Shown piece by piece: positions 1 through 8,323 of a stretch of DNA of 64,000 nt. Each line of letters starts with the position of its first letter. Within the stretch, counting starts at the first letter, position 1. The translations under genes were made by a program, and so were the position numbers. Under the pieces are notes generated by a model. That model was not told where the DNA came from, did not search any database, and saw only the letters and a program-made list of their open reading frames with translations. Source of the stretch: Gammaproteobacteria bacterium (GTDB lineage: Bacteria; Pseudomonadota; Gammaproteobacteria; GCA-001735895); the NCBI GenBank assembly GCA_024225395.1, contig JAAEMR010000174.1:6057-70056 (forward strand), written 5' to 3'.

Positions 1-558
1 CTGTTTTAATTCATCGGGTGATTGCGGAATACCCCTGGACTCAAGATAAGAAGGACTGGCACACATAACAGTATGAATTGGCGCAAGGCGGCGTGCGATC
101 AAACTTGAATCAGGCAGGTTTGCAATACGGATAGCCAGGTCAAAACCTTCCTGAATTAAATCCACTTCACGATCATTAAAATCCAGATCAAACTCAATCT
201 GGGGGTGCGCCTGTAAAAACTCATTAATGGCAGGCCCCATATGCATCAGCCCAAAAGTTGAAGGCAAGGCAATTTTTAAACTGCCTTTTAATGTGCCATG
301 CGCATGTGATGTCGCCAGTTCAGCTTCGAGGACATCTTCCAGTATGCGTACAGACTGATGGTAAAAGGCTCGCCCGCTATCGGTCAGATTCATCCGCCGG
401 GTGGTTCGATGAAAAAGCTCTACACCCAGATGCTCTTCCAACTCCTTTAAACGTCGGCTTACAGCAGATTTAGCGACACCCAGCCTGTCTGCGGCACCAC
501 TGATACTTCCGGCTTCGACCACCCGAATGAATGCACGCATGTTCTCAAAGCGATCCAT
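1..558 (-). CDS. LysR-family transcriptional regulator, partial (N-terminal 186 aa in window; C-terminus lies beyond the window start)
   Basis: Reverse-strand translation MDRFENMRAFIRVVEAGSISGAADRLGVAKSAVSRRLKELEEHLGVELFHRTTRRMNLTDSG... shows a typical LysR wHTH followed by the substrate-binding domain. ATG at 558. Divergent from the pirin gene, a classic arrangement. Confidence 0.85.
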   Translation of the reverse strand, partial: MDRFENMRAFIRVVEAGSISGAADRLGVAKSAVSRRLKELEEHLGVELFHRTTRRMNLTDSGRAFYHQSVRILEDVLEAELATSHAHGTLKGSLKIALPSTFGLMHMGPAINEFLQAHPQIEFDLDFNDREVDLIQEGFDLAIRIANLPDSSLIARRLAPIHTVMCASPSYLESRGIPQSPDELKQ

Positions 559-625
559 ATTACCTTCTCTCTATTGTTGCGAATACATGAACAATTATTT
601 CTAATTATCACTGTTTATTCCATCA

Positions 626-641
626 TTATCAACATTGATAA
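626..641. promoter_or_regulatory. Perfect palindrome TTATCAACATTGATAA (T-N11-A type) in the LysR/pirin divergent intergenic region; candidate LysR operator
   Basis: A 7-2-7 inverted repeat is seen directly in the sequence between the two divergent start codons. LysR regulators bind T-N11-A dyads (established knowledge). Confidence 0.4.
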
Positions 642-691
642 TATTTGTAAATAGAGATCGAAACACTCTGAAACAGATAACGGGGAATGCC

Positions 692-1558
692 ATGAACACA
701 CAAATCAGTCTGACACGATTCATCACAGCGATGGAGACCTCTGAAGGTGCTGGCGTAACCGTACACCGCACCATCGGCACCCCTGCTCTGCGCAACTATG
801 ATCCGTTTATGATGCTGGACCAGATCAGCAGTGATAACCCTGATGACTATGTAGCCGGCTTTCCAGAACATCCTCACCGTGGCTTTAACACCTTCACCTA
901 CATGATCGATGGTGACATGGAGCATACAGACAGCATGGGTAATACCGGCAACCTTGGCCCGGGCGGTGCCCAATGGATGAAGGCTGCCAGCGGGGTCATC
1001 CATTCGGAAATGCCAAAGCAGGAAAACGGTTTGATGAGAGGGTTCCAGCTATGGATCAACCTGCCGTCAGCAAACAAGATGGATACGCCTGAATACCAGG
1101 AATATAAATCAGGTGCTTTTTCGGTCGCTGAAACATCTGACTACAAAGTAAAAGTACTTATCGGTAAGTTTAGTGATGTAAATTCACCTATCGTCGACGA
1201 CATAACCCATGTGTCGTATTTCGATGTGCAGGCAAATGCCGGGAAACACCTTCCACATCAACTGCCAGCCGGGAATAATAGCTTTCTATATATTTTTGAA
1301 GGCAGCGGTAAGTTCAAAGGCAACGATGTACCGTTAAATACTCTCATCGTGCTGGGCGCAAAAGATAAAGTCTCTGACCTTATTGCAGGAGAACAAGGTG
1401 CACGGTTTCTGCTGATCAGCGGTAAACCTATCAATGAATCCGTGGTTCAGTATGGTCCCTTTGTAATGAACTCAAGGGAAGAGATTGATCAGGCAATGCG
1501 TGACTACCAGTCGAACAATTTCGTCCATGATCGTGCATGGGTCAGGCAGCAAAAGTAA
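692..1558 (+). CDS. Pirin-family cupin protein
   Basis: MNTQISLTRF...HPHRGFNTFTYMIDGDMEHTDSMGN... contains the pirin metal-binding His motif (HPHRGF...H...E). ATG at 692 is preceded by GGGGAA. The upstream extension to 635 is unlikely. Confidence 0.85.
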   Translation: MNTQISLTRFITAMETSEGAGVTVHRTIGTPALRNYDPFMMLDQISSDNPDDYVAGFPEHPHRGFNTFTYMIDGDMEHTDSMGNTGNLGPGGAQWMKAASGVIHSEMPKQENGLMRGFQLWINLPSANKMDTPEYQEYKSGAFSVAETSDYKVKVLIGKFSDVNSPIVDDITHVSYFDVQANAGKHLPHQLPAGNNSFLYIFEGSGKFKGNDVPLNTLIVLGAKDKVSDLIAGEQGARFLLISGKPINESVVQYGPFVMNSREEIDQAMRDYQSNNFVHDRAWVRQQK

Positions 1559-1568
1559 AAATATAACC

Positions 1569-2114
1569 ATGCAATTGAAAAACAATACGACTCACTTTGG
1601 CATCATTGCCGTCACTTTACACTGGCTGGTGGCAATAACTGTATTAAGCCTTTTTGGTCTTGGCTTATGGATGACCGGGCTGGACTACTACGACAGCTGG
1701 TACAAGCAGGGCCCATGGTGGCACAAAAGCATCGGTATTACGCTTTTCTTCGTCATCGTTTTCCGCCTGTGCTGGCGATTGTTAAACCCGCCTCCTGCAC
1801 ATTTGACAAACCACAAACCGTGGGAGGTCAAACTGGCACACATGGCGCACCTGCTGCTCTATTTTCTAATATTGGTCATCATGGTCAGCGGCTATCTGAT
1901 CTCGACCGCTGATAACCGTCCTATTGAGGTGTTCGGCTGGTTCGCCATTCCAGCGACCATCACATCGCTGCCCGGGCAGGAAGATATTGCAGGCCTGATC
2001 CATTTAATACTGGCTTCTACTTTAATCGGGCTGGTTGTGTTGCATGCAGCCGCCGCCCTTAAACATCACTTCATCGACCGTGATCGCAGCTTAAAACGCA
2101 TTTTTGGAAGATAG
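1569..2114 (+). CDS. cybB: Cytochrome b561 family protein (CybB-like, di-haem membrane cytochrome)
   Basis: Four predicted TM helices with conserved His residues (HWLVAI..., HKSIG..., HLLLY..., HAAAALKHH). Followed directly by yceI as in E. coli yceJ-yceI. Confidence 0.8.
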   Translation: MQLKNNTTHFGIIAVTLHWLVAITVLSLFGLGLWMTGLDYYDSWYKQGPWWHKSIGITLFFVIVFRLCWRLLNPPPAHLTNHKPWEVKLAHMAHLLLYFLILVIMVSGYLISTADNRPIEVFGWFAIPATITSLPGQEDIAGLIHLILASTLIGLVVLHAAAALKHHFIDRDRSLKRIFGR

Positions 2115-2146
2115 ATTAAATCTACTACATATACAGGATAAAAATT

Positions 2147-2728
2147 ATGAAATTACCAACATTAACAACCTCATTACTTATTGCTGGTTTGACTATGGGC
2201 AGCACAACTCTGATGGCAGATGATTATGTCATCGATACGAAGGGCGCACATGCATCCATTAAGTTTCGCGTGCAGCATCTCGGCTATAGCTGGTTATATG
2301 GTCGCTTTAATGATTTCAACGGCAAGTTCAGCTACGATGAAAAGCAGCCGGATAAAGCGTCCGTTGAAGTCGCCATAAAAACCAGCAGCGTTGATTCAAA
2401 CCATGCCGAACGTGATAAACACCTGCGAGATGAAGACTTCTTACATGTCAGCAAATACCCGGAAGCAAAATTCGTCAGTACCGGTTTTACACCGGGCAAA
2501 GATAGCAATGGCATTCTCAAAGGCAAGCTGACATTACGCGGCGTGACCAAACCCGTGGAGATCAATGTGCAATTTATCGGCGCCGGTAATGATCCCTGGG
2601 GCGGCTACCGCCGTGGCTTTGAAGGCAACACCCGCTTCGCCATGTCTGACTTCGGCATCATGAAAAACCTGGGCCCAAAATCAAAAGATGTGGAGATGAT
2701 TTTATCTGTTGAAGGAATAAGACAATAA
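2147..2728 (+). CDS. yceI: YceI-family periplasmic polyisoprenoid-binding protein
   Basis: Signal peptide MKLPTLTTSLLIAGLTMGS. YceI-like motif ...HASIKFRVQHLGYSWLYGRFNDFNGKF.... RBS AGGA upstream. Confidence 0.85.
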   Translation: MKLPTLTTSLLIAGLTMGSTTLMADDYVIDTKGAHASIKFRVQHLGYSWLYGRFNDFNGKFSYDEKQPDKASVEVAIKTSSVDSNHAERDKHLRDEDFLHVSKYPEAKFVSTGFTPGKDSNGILKGKLTLRGVTKPVEINVQFIGAGNDPWGGYRRGFEGNTRFAMSDFGIMKNLGPKSKDVEMILSVEGIRQ

Positions 2729-2762
2729 ACACTTCTCTATATGATTTTTCCCATCAACGGTT

Positions 2763-3746
2763 ATGGGCCAAGAGAATAAACCGGCAAAGGTAAAGACCAT
2801 GAACGCAAAACTGAAAGTAGTAAAAGGTGAATTTATTCGATCAGAGTCGGGCTTTAGAAACTGGGTCACAAGTGATGGCAGCTCGGGCCCGAGCGGTGAA
2901 GGCGGTTTTCCCGCCGAGCCTGACCGCTATCACCTTTACATATCCCATGCCTGCCCCTGGGCACATCGCACGATGATCTTTCGCGCATTGAAAGGACTGC
3001 AAGATGTGGTATCTGTATCCGTAGTGCATCCATTAATGCCCGCAGAAAGCTGGGTATTCGGCGAATACCCGGGGGCCACGGAAGATCATGTCAATCGGGC
3101 AAACTATCTATATGAAAACTACCAGAAGGTGGATCCGGATTTTGACGGACTGGTTACTGTGCCATTGCTGTGGGACAAGAAACGCCAGACCATCGTAAAT
3201 AACGAGTCATCTGAAATTATTCGCATGTTGAATTCAGCCTTTGATGATTTTTCAAATAATAATGTGGATTTTTACCCTGAAGCATTAAGACCTCAAATCG
3301 ATGAGATCAACAACCAGGTTTACACCAATGTCAACAATGGTGTCTATCGATGCGGTTTTGCCAGCACACAGGAAGCCTATAACAAGGCCTATGATCGTTT
3401 GTTTAAAACTATAGATGAACTTGAAAACAGATTATCGAAACAGCGTTACCTGGTGGGCGAAAGCATAACCGAAGCAGACTGGCGCCTTTTTACAACACTG
3501 GTGCGCTTTGATGCGGTGTATTACCACCACTTTAAAACCAATAAAAAACGCCTGATGGATTACCCGAATCTATGGGCTTACACTCGGGAGCTCTACCAGG
3601 TTCCCGGTGTTGCAGAAACGGTCAACATGGATCATATCAAGTATCACTATTTCGCCAGTCATCGTTCGATCAATCCCACCGGCATCGTGCCAAATGGGCC
3701 TGAGATTGATTTCATGCTGCCGCATGGACGGGAAAGTATTTCTTAA
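2763..3746 (+). CDS. yqjG: Glutathionyl-hydroquinone reductase (Xi-class GST, YqjG/ECM4 family)
   Basis: MGQ...GEFIRSESGFRNWVT...DRYHLYISHACPWAHRTMIFRALKGL is collinear with E. coli YqjG, including the CPWA active-site motif. Confidence 0.8.
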   Translation: MGQENKPAKVKTMNAKLKVVKGEFIRSESGFRNWVTSDGSSGPSGEGGFPAEPDRYHLYISHACPWAHRTMIFRALKGLQDVVSVSVVHPLMPAESWVFGEYPGATEDHVNRANYLYENYQKVDPDFDGLVTVPLLWDKKRQTIVNNESSEIIRMLNSAFDDFSNNNVDFYPEALRPQIDEINNQVYTNVNNGVYRCGFASTQEAYNKAYDRLFKTIDELENRLSKQRYLVGESITEADWRLFTTLVRFDAVYYHHFKTNKKRLMDYPNLWAYTRELYQVPGVAETVNMDHIKYHYFASHRSINPTGIVPNGPEIDFMLPHGRESIS

Positions 3747-3770
3747 AACCATATCTAACAGGAGAATATC

Positions 3771-3959
3771 ATGTCCAAACCAGTCAACCCGCAAAACAAA
3801 CCCTACACTGTTGAAGTCGAAGCGGGAGAAACCTATTACTGGTGTGCCTGCGGCCGAAGTAAAAATCAGCCTTTTTGTGATGGCTCTCACCAGGGAACGG
3901 GATTTCAGCCCGTAGCATTTACCGCAGAAAAAACCAATACAGCTTATCCGGGAGAGTAA
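3771..3959 (+). CDS. CDGSH iron-sulfur domain protein (62 aa)
   Basis: YYWCACGRSKNQPFCDGSHQG is the CDGSH [2Fe-2S] signature. Clear paralog of the first module of the downstream gene. Confidence 0.7.
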   Translation: MSKPVNPQNKPYTVEVEAGETYYWCACGRSKNQPFCDGSHQGTGFQPVAFTAEKTNTAYPGE

Positions 3960-3964
3960 AATCC

Positions 3965-5497
3965 ATGTCCAATCCAACAATCGCCGACAACAAACCCGTT
4001 AAGGTCACCCTTTCAAAAGGCCAGGAGTATTATTTCTGTACTTGCGGAAAGTCCAGGAGCCAGCCGTTTTGTGATGGCTCACATGTCGGCACCTCATTTA
4101 CTCCCAGGGTCATAGTTTCAGACGAAGACGGAGACGCCTATCTATGCGCATGCAAGCATACGGCTAAGACACCTTTTTGTGATGGTACTCATAAACAGTT
4201 CAGTGACAGTGATGTTGGCAAAGAGGGCCCCGGCATAAAAACACAAGCTTCCGAGTTACCGGTGGCTCTTGCCACCCCGGAAGAACCCACTGTCGAGTTC
4301 ATCCACCAGCTCGCAAGGGATGGTTTATCGAAATTAGGTCATCATGGCCCGATGACATCGATGGGTGTGCCACGCCATGAACTGCCTCACTGGGATGATC
4401 TGCAGGTAATGGTCGCACAGATGGCAAGCAAACCACTGATGGAAGATACCAGTGTTGCTACAGAACTGATCATAGGGCCAGAAGCGGAGAAACCTTTAAA
4501 ACTGGAAATTCCCTTATTTGTGTCTGATATGAGTTTTGGTGCGCTATCAGAGGAAGCAAAAATAGCTTTAGCCAAAGGTGCAGAGCTTGCAGGCACCGGT
4601 ATCTGCTCCGGTGAAGGCGGCATGTTGCCCGAAGAGCAGCAAGCGAATTCCCGCTATTTCTATGAGCTTGCCAGTGCCGGTTTTGGCTACAAAGAAAAAT
4701 TGTTGGAGAAAGTACAGGCCTTTCACTTCAAAGGCGGCCAGGGTGCAAAGACAGGTACCGGCGGCCACCTGCCCGGCACGAAGAACATAGGCAAGATATC
4801 TCAGGTCAGAGGCATACCGGAAGGTCAGCCGGCAATATCTCCGCCAACCTTTAAAGACCTTTCCTCTGTATCTGACTTTAAACGCTTCGCTGATCGGGTT
4901 AGAGAGGTTACAGGCGGCATCCCTGTTGGTTTCAAGCTCAGCGCTAACCATATCGAAAAAGACATTCAATTTGCACTGGATGCCAGTGCCGATTACATCA
5001 TCTTAGACGGTCGTGGCGGCGGCACAGGGGCAGCACCCGAAATGTTCAGGAACCACATCAGCGTCCCGACCATTCCGGCATTAGCCAGAGCCCGGCGCTA
5101 TCTTGACGAACAGGGTGCAAGTGGCCGTGTCACGCTTATTATTACCGGTGGTTTGCGGGTACCGACTGATTTCATAAAAGCATTAGCATTGGGAGCAGAC
5201 GGTATTGCTATCTCAAATAGCGCGATGCAGGCAATCGGTTGCGTTGCAGCCAGGATGTGCAACACGAATAACTGCCCTGCTGGCATCGCCACACAAAAAG
5301 AAGAGTTACGACAAAGGCTAGATATAGAAAAATCATCCTCTCAATTACAAAACTTTTTCAACGCCTCTGTCGAGTTAATGCAGGTCATGGCCCGTGCTTG
5401 TGGGCATGATGATCTAAATAAGTTCAACAAAAATGACCTTGCAAGCTGGCACCGTGAGATGACTTTATTGTCTGGCGTTAAATACTCGGGTTTTTAA
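3965..5497 (+). CDS. Fusion protein: two N-terminal CDGSH iron-sulfur modules plus a glutamate-synthase-family FMN-binding (GltS central) domain
   Basis: CTCGKSRSQPFCDGSH and CACKHTAKTPFCDGTH motifs. The C-terminal 420 aa carry GltS FMN-domain hallmarks (…DGRGGGTGAAPE…, …ITGGLRVPTDFIKALALGADGIAISNSAMQAIGC… Cys-rich 3Fe-4S-like region). Confidence 0.75.
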   Translation: MSNPTIADNKPVKVTLSKGQEYYFCTCGKSRSQPFCDGSHVGTSFTPRVIVSDEDGDAYLCACKHTAKTPFCDGTHKQFSDSDVGKEGPGIKTQASELPVALATPEEPTVEFIHQLARDGLSKLGHHGPMTSMGVPRHELPHWDDLQVMVAQMASKPLMEDTSVATELIIGPEAEKPLKLEIPLFVSDMSFGALSEEAKIALAKGAELAGTGICSGEGGMLPEEQQANSRYFYELASAGFGYKEKLLEKVQAFHFKGGQGAKTGTGGHLPGTKNIGKISQVRGIPEGQPAISPPTFKDLSSVSDFKRFADRVREVTGGIPVGFKLSANHIEKDIQFALDASADYIILDGRGGGTGAAPEMFRNHISVPTIPALARARRYLDEQGASGRVTLIITGGLRVPTDFIKALALGADGIAISNSAMQAIGCVAARMCNTNNCPAGIATQKEELRQRLDIEKSSSQLQNFFNASVELMQVMARACGHDDLNKFNKNDLASWHREMTLLSGVKYSGF

Positions 5498-5502
5498 TAC
5501 AG

Positions 5503-5530
5503 AACGTCCGACTGGACGTTGGCTTTTACT
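5503..5530 (+). terminator. Candidate Rho-independent terminator after the CDGSH-GltS gene
   Basis: Hairpin AACGTCC-GACT-GGACGTT, 6 bp after the TAA stop, followed by GGCTTTTACT. Confidence 0.4.
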
Positions 5531-6009
5531 ATTCAGTTTCTTTTCCTGAAAGAATAGTTCAGGCCAGATTTAATACTACCCGGGTGAAAGTTATGATAAA
5601 AATATTCTATTTCTTCAACCGCTGCATAAGTTTGACTGCACCGGTTTGCGCCGTTTTTGAGTCAGCCCTGTTTTATTAAGAAGGTGGGATGCAATTGCAT
5701 GGTAGACGATCGTAAGCACCTTGCACATCAGTCCCGGGAGACTAGCGAAAAGGAATCTCAGCTGAAGCGGTAATATTTTGACCAGCCCACTTTCCTTTAT
5801 TCCAGGGCGTATGTTTTTGATGCTCAGTGGTTTGAAAGTTCGTTTCAATTCCTCAGTTTGTTGGATGCAATCAAAGTATTAACCTGTTACCCGTCAGGAG
5901 TCATACAGCTCACATCATTTTTCTCAGGATAGTCCGAATCTGATTTTCAACCCATACTATGTATTACTCTGTTGTGGTGAAACCAGCCATTTAACTTTCC
6001 TGTGATATT

Positions 6010-7014
6010 TTAAATAATTGCGGGCTCACTTCGACTCCTTTTTAGTTGTGATTGTTTATTGCAAAAAGTATTCATTAATTTTGAATTTATTAAATCGTCA
6101 GTTTTTAATGATTTAATTAGAGTACGTAATCCTTTAGCTAGTGACGCACTTGCAGAAACTGATAACACCTGTTTTGCCAAAGCAGGGTCACCAACTGAAA
6201 TCCTTATATCGCCTCTTCTAGATGCATGATGTTCAATATTTACAGTTTCCCCGGTAATAGCCATTATGGTTCTTGCAAGTTGATTAATTGTTACTGATTC
6301 TCCAGTACAAACATTAAATACTGCGGGTATATGACTAATATTTGTCATGGCTGCTCGAAGAAAACGTATTATATCTGCTACGTATATAAAGTCTCTAGCT
6401 TGCTGACCATCTCCATAAATACACAATCCTTGATGACTTAAAATTCGATCTACAAAAATTGATATGACTCCAGAATATGGAGACTCCGGATCCTGTCTTG
6501 GCCCATAAACATTAAAAAAGCGCATCCCGGTCGTTGGGATTCCATGCACTAAAGATGCTACCTGAGCATGATATTCAGAACCTAGTTTATCAGCGCCATA
6601 TGCTGTTAACGGTCTTAGAATAGAATATTCTTTAAGTGGCATTTCTGCATTATCACCATATACCGCGACAGATGAAGCGTATACAACGGGTGTTTTATTA
6701 CTTCTACAGGCATCAAAAACGTTAATTGTCCCTGTTAAATTAGTCTGATGGGTTCCAACCCAGTTTTCATTTGATTCCTGTACTGAAGCAATTGCTGCCA
6801 GGTGAAAACAGCCATCCATATCTTTCATGCATTTTCGTACCATTTCAGTATCGGTGATATCACCCACTATCATTTCACTTTGGGTAGGAATATTTTCTAA
6901 TTTTCCTGTTGAAAGATTATCGAGCACACGTACATGATGACCATCATCAATTAAACTATCCACTAAATGTGAACCGATAAAACCACAGCCACCTGTAACT
7001 AAAAACTTTGACAT
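6010..7014 (-). CDS. NAD-dependent nucleotide-sugar epimerase/dehydratase (UDP-hexose/UDP-GlcNAc 4-epimerase-like extended SDR)
   Basis: MSKFLVTGGCGFIGSHLVDSL... Rossmann motif. YxxxK region present (…VYASSVAVYGD…YGADKL…). Monocistronic, flanked by about 500 and 870 bp of non-coding DNA. Confidence 0.8.
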   Translation of the reverse strand: MSKFLVTGGCGFIGSHLVDSLIDDGHHVRVLDNLSTGKLENIPTQSEMIVGDITDTEMVRKCMKDMDGCFHLAAIASVQESNENWVGTHQTNLTGTINVFDACRSNKTPVVYASSVAVYGDNAEMPLKEYSILRPLTAYGADKLGSEYHAQVASLVHGIPTTGMRFFNVYGPRQDPESPYSGVISIFVDRILSHQGLCIYGDGQQARDFIYVADIIRFLRAAMTNISHIPAVFNVCTGESVTINQLARTIMAITGETVNIEHHASRRGDIRISVGDPALAKQVLSVSASASLAKGLRTLIKSLKTDDLINSKLMNTFCNKQSQLKRSRSEPAII

Positions 7015-7886
7015 TCCTTATACCCTATTAAGTTGTAAAACTTAAGTACTGCTAAAACTGTGCCACTTTTTTTAATAAGGGTTTAGGCTGTTTTTAAATG
7101 ATTTATCAGCATAGTGCAATGCAATCTGCACTAAATTGTTTGCTGTTTCGCATGCTGCAAGCTAATCGTACCAGGGTTCGTAACTCCAGTTCGAACCAAA
7201 GAACCTAAGACGCAGAAAGATAGGCTCTTGTAGCAGGATTTAGTTAACAACTTTTTTGAAGTGGACAATAAAAGGGGGGGACTTGTTTATTATAACTTTT
7301 AAACCTATTCCTCCTGATATCACTTAGCACTGTATTACATTACAAAAATCATCGCATACCAGCCTGTCTAGATATCACCGGCAGCTCGAGGCGAGGATTC
7401 AGCATTCTGTAACATGATGCCGTTCAAGCCATCCCACAAATCGATCCGCTCATTTACCGTGGATGCAGCCAGCTACCTCATGCCAAACTGATATTCCCCG
7501 GTCAAATACCCGATTATTTTCTTCGCGGTATGGCTATAGCTATCACCATCCAGTTCGATATGTCACTGTAGATAATGTTCAAACATCGGGGCAAGCGCTT
7601 CATTAATATTCCGGCTAGCGAGCAGACTTGTAAGCATCTTCGGGAAGCCCAATACTTCGAGCATGCTTCCGTTAGTAACAATATTCAGGTGCTACTCACA
7701 AACGACTGGATGCACGTCACCGCCCTGATATGCGATTGCTTGCCGGGCAAGTCAAGTCACATGGGATCAGGTGGAATGCGATGGACCGGTAGACTATTCC
7801 TGGTACCTTACCGATGATTTCAGGCCAGCTGACATCTAAAAACGGGTAATCATGTCACGGCTTCAGTACCTGGAATGTGAGTTTTC

Positions 7887-8312
7887 TCAGAACACGATAA
7901 TTTGCCAGTTATTACCGTCCTCTGACCTGTCCCATAGGTGATTTTCGGGGGTGGCCCCATTAACTAGTGGCCATACCTGGGCAAGTAGTTTCTGTTCATT
8001 ACTGCTCAAAGCTATTTCAAATTTTTTGTATTGACTCTGAATCGATGTGCGCAACAGGCAACTGCTATAATTAACCTGGTACTGACCATCAACTTGAATA
8101 AAGTCACTGCAGATATTCAAATAGAGTCGCTGCTGGGGCGAGCCTTCATACTCAATATCAATGGCTAAAGTTTCTCCTCCTATAAAATCAAAATCGGATG
8201 AAACTACTAGATCATCGATCTTGGTAGAAGCACTATTATTTGGGGATTTATCATCTACCTGGCCACAGGAACAAATAAAAAACAACGTGATAAAAATGGA
8301 GACTGCTTTCAT
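7887..8312 (-). CDS. Putative lipoprotein (141 aa)
   Basis: Signal peptide with lipobox-like FICSCG. Start lies 12 bp downstream of the stop of the large secreted protein gene, so the two are probably co-transcribed. Confidence 0.5.
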   Translation of the reverse strand: MKAVSIFITLFFICSCGQVDDKSPNNSASTKIDDLVVSSDFDFIGGETLAIDIEYEGSPQQRLYLNICSDFIQVDGQYQVNYSSCLLRTSIQSQYKKFEIALSSNEQKLLAQVWPLVNGATPENHLWDRSEDGNNWQIIVF

Positions 8313-8323
8313 TTTATAATCCT

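Noticed and set aside
4387-4969. Minus-strand ORFs of 78 and 133 aa within the CDGSH-GltS gene
   Set aside because: Antisense shadow ORFs of a conserved CDS.
7150-7200. GGTTCG/GTTCGAACC motifs (…ccagggttcgtaactccagttcgaaccaaag…) reminiscent of a tRNA T-arm, possible integration-site remnant
   Set aside because: Could not fold a consistent T-stem/acceptor stem or find a CCA end by eye. Too weak to call a tRNA or att site without a covariance-model search.
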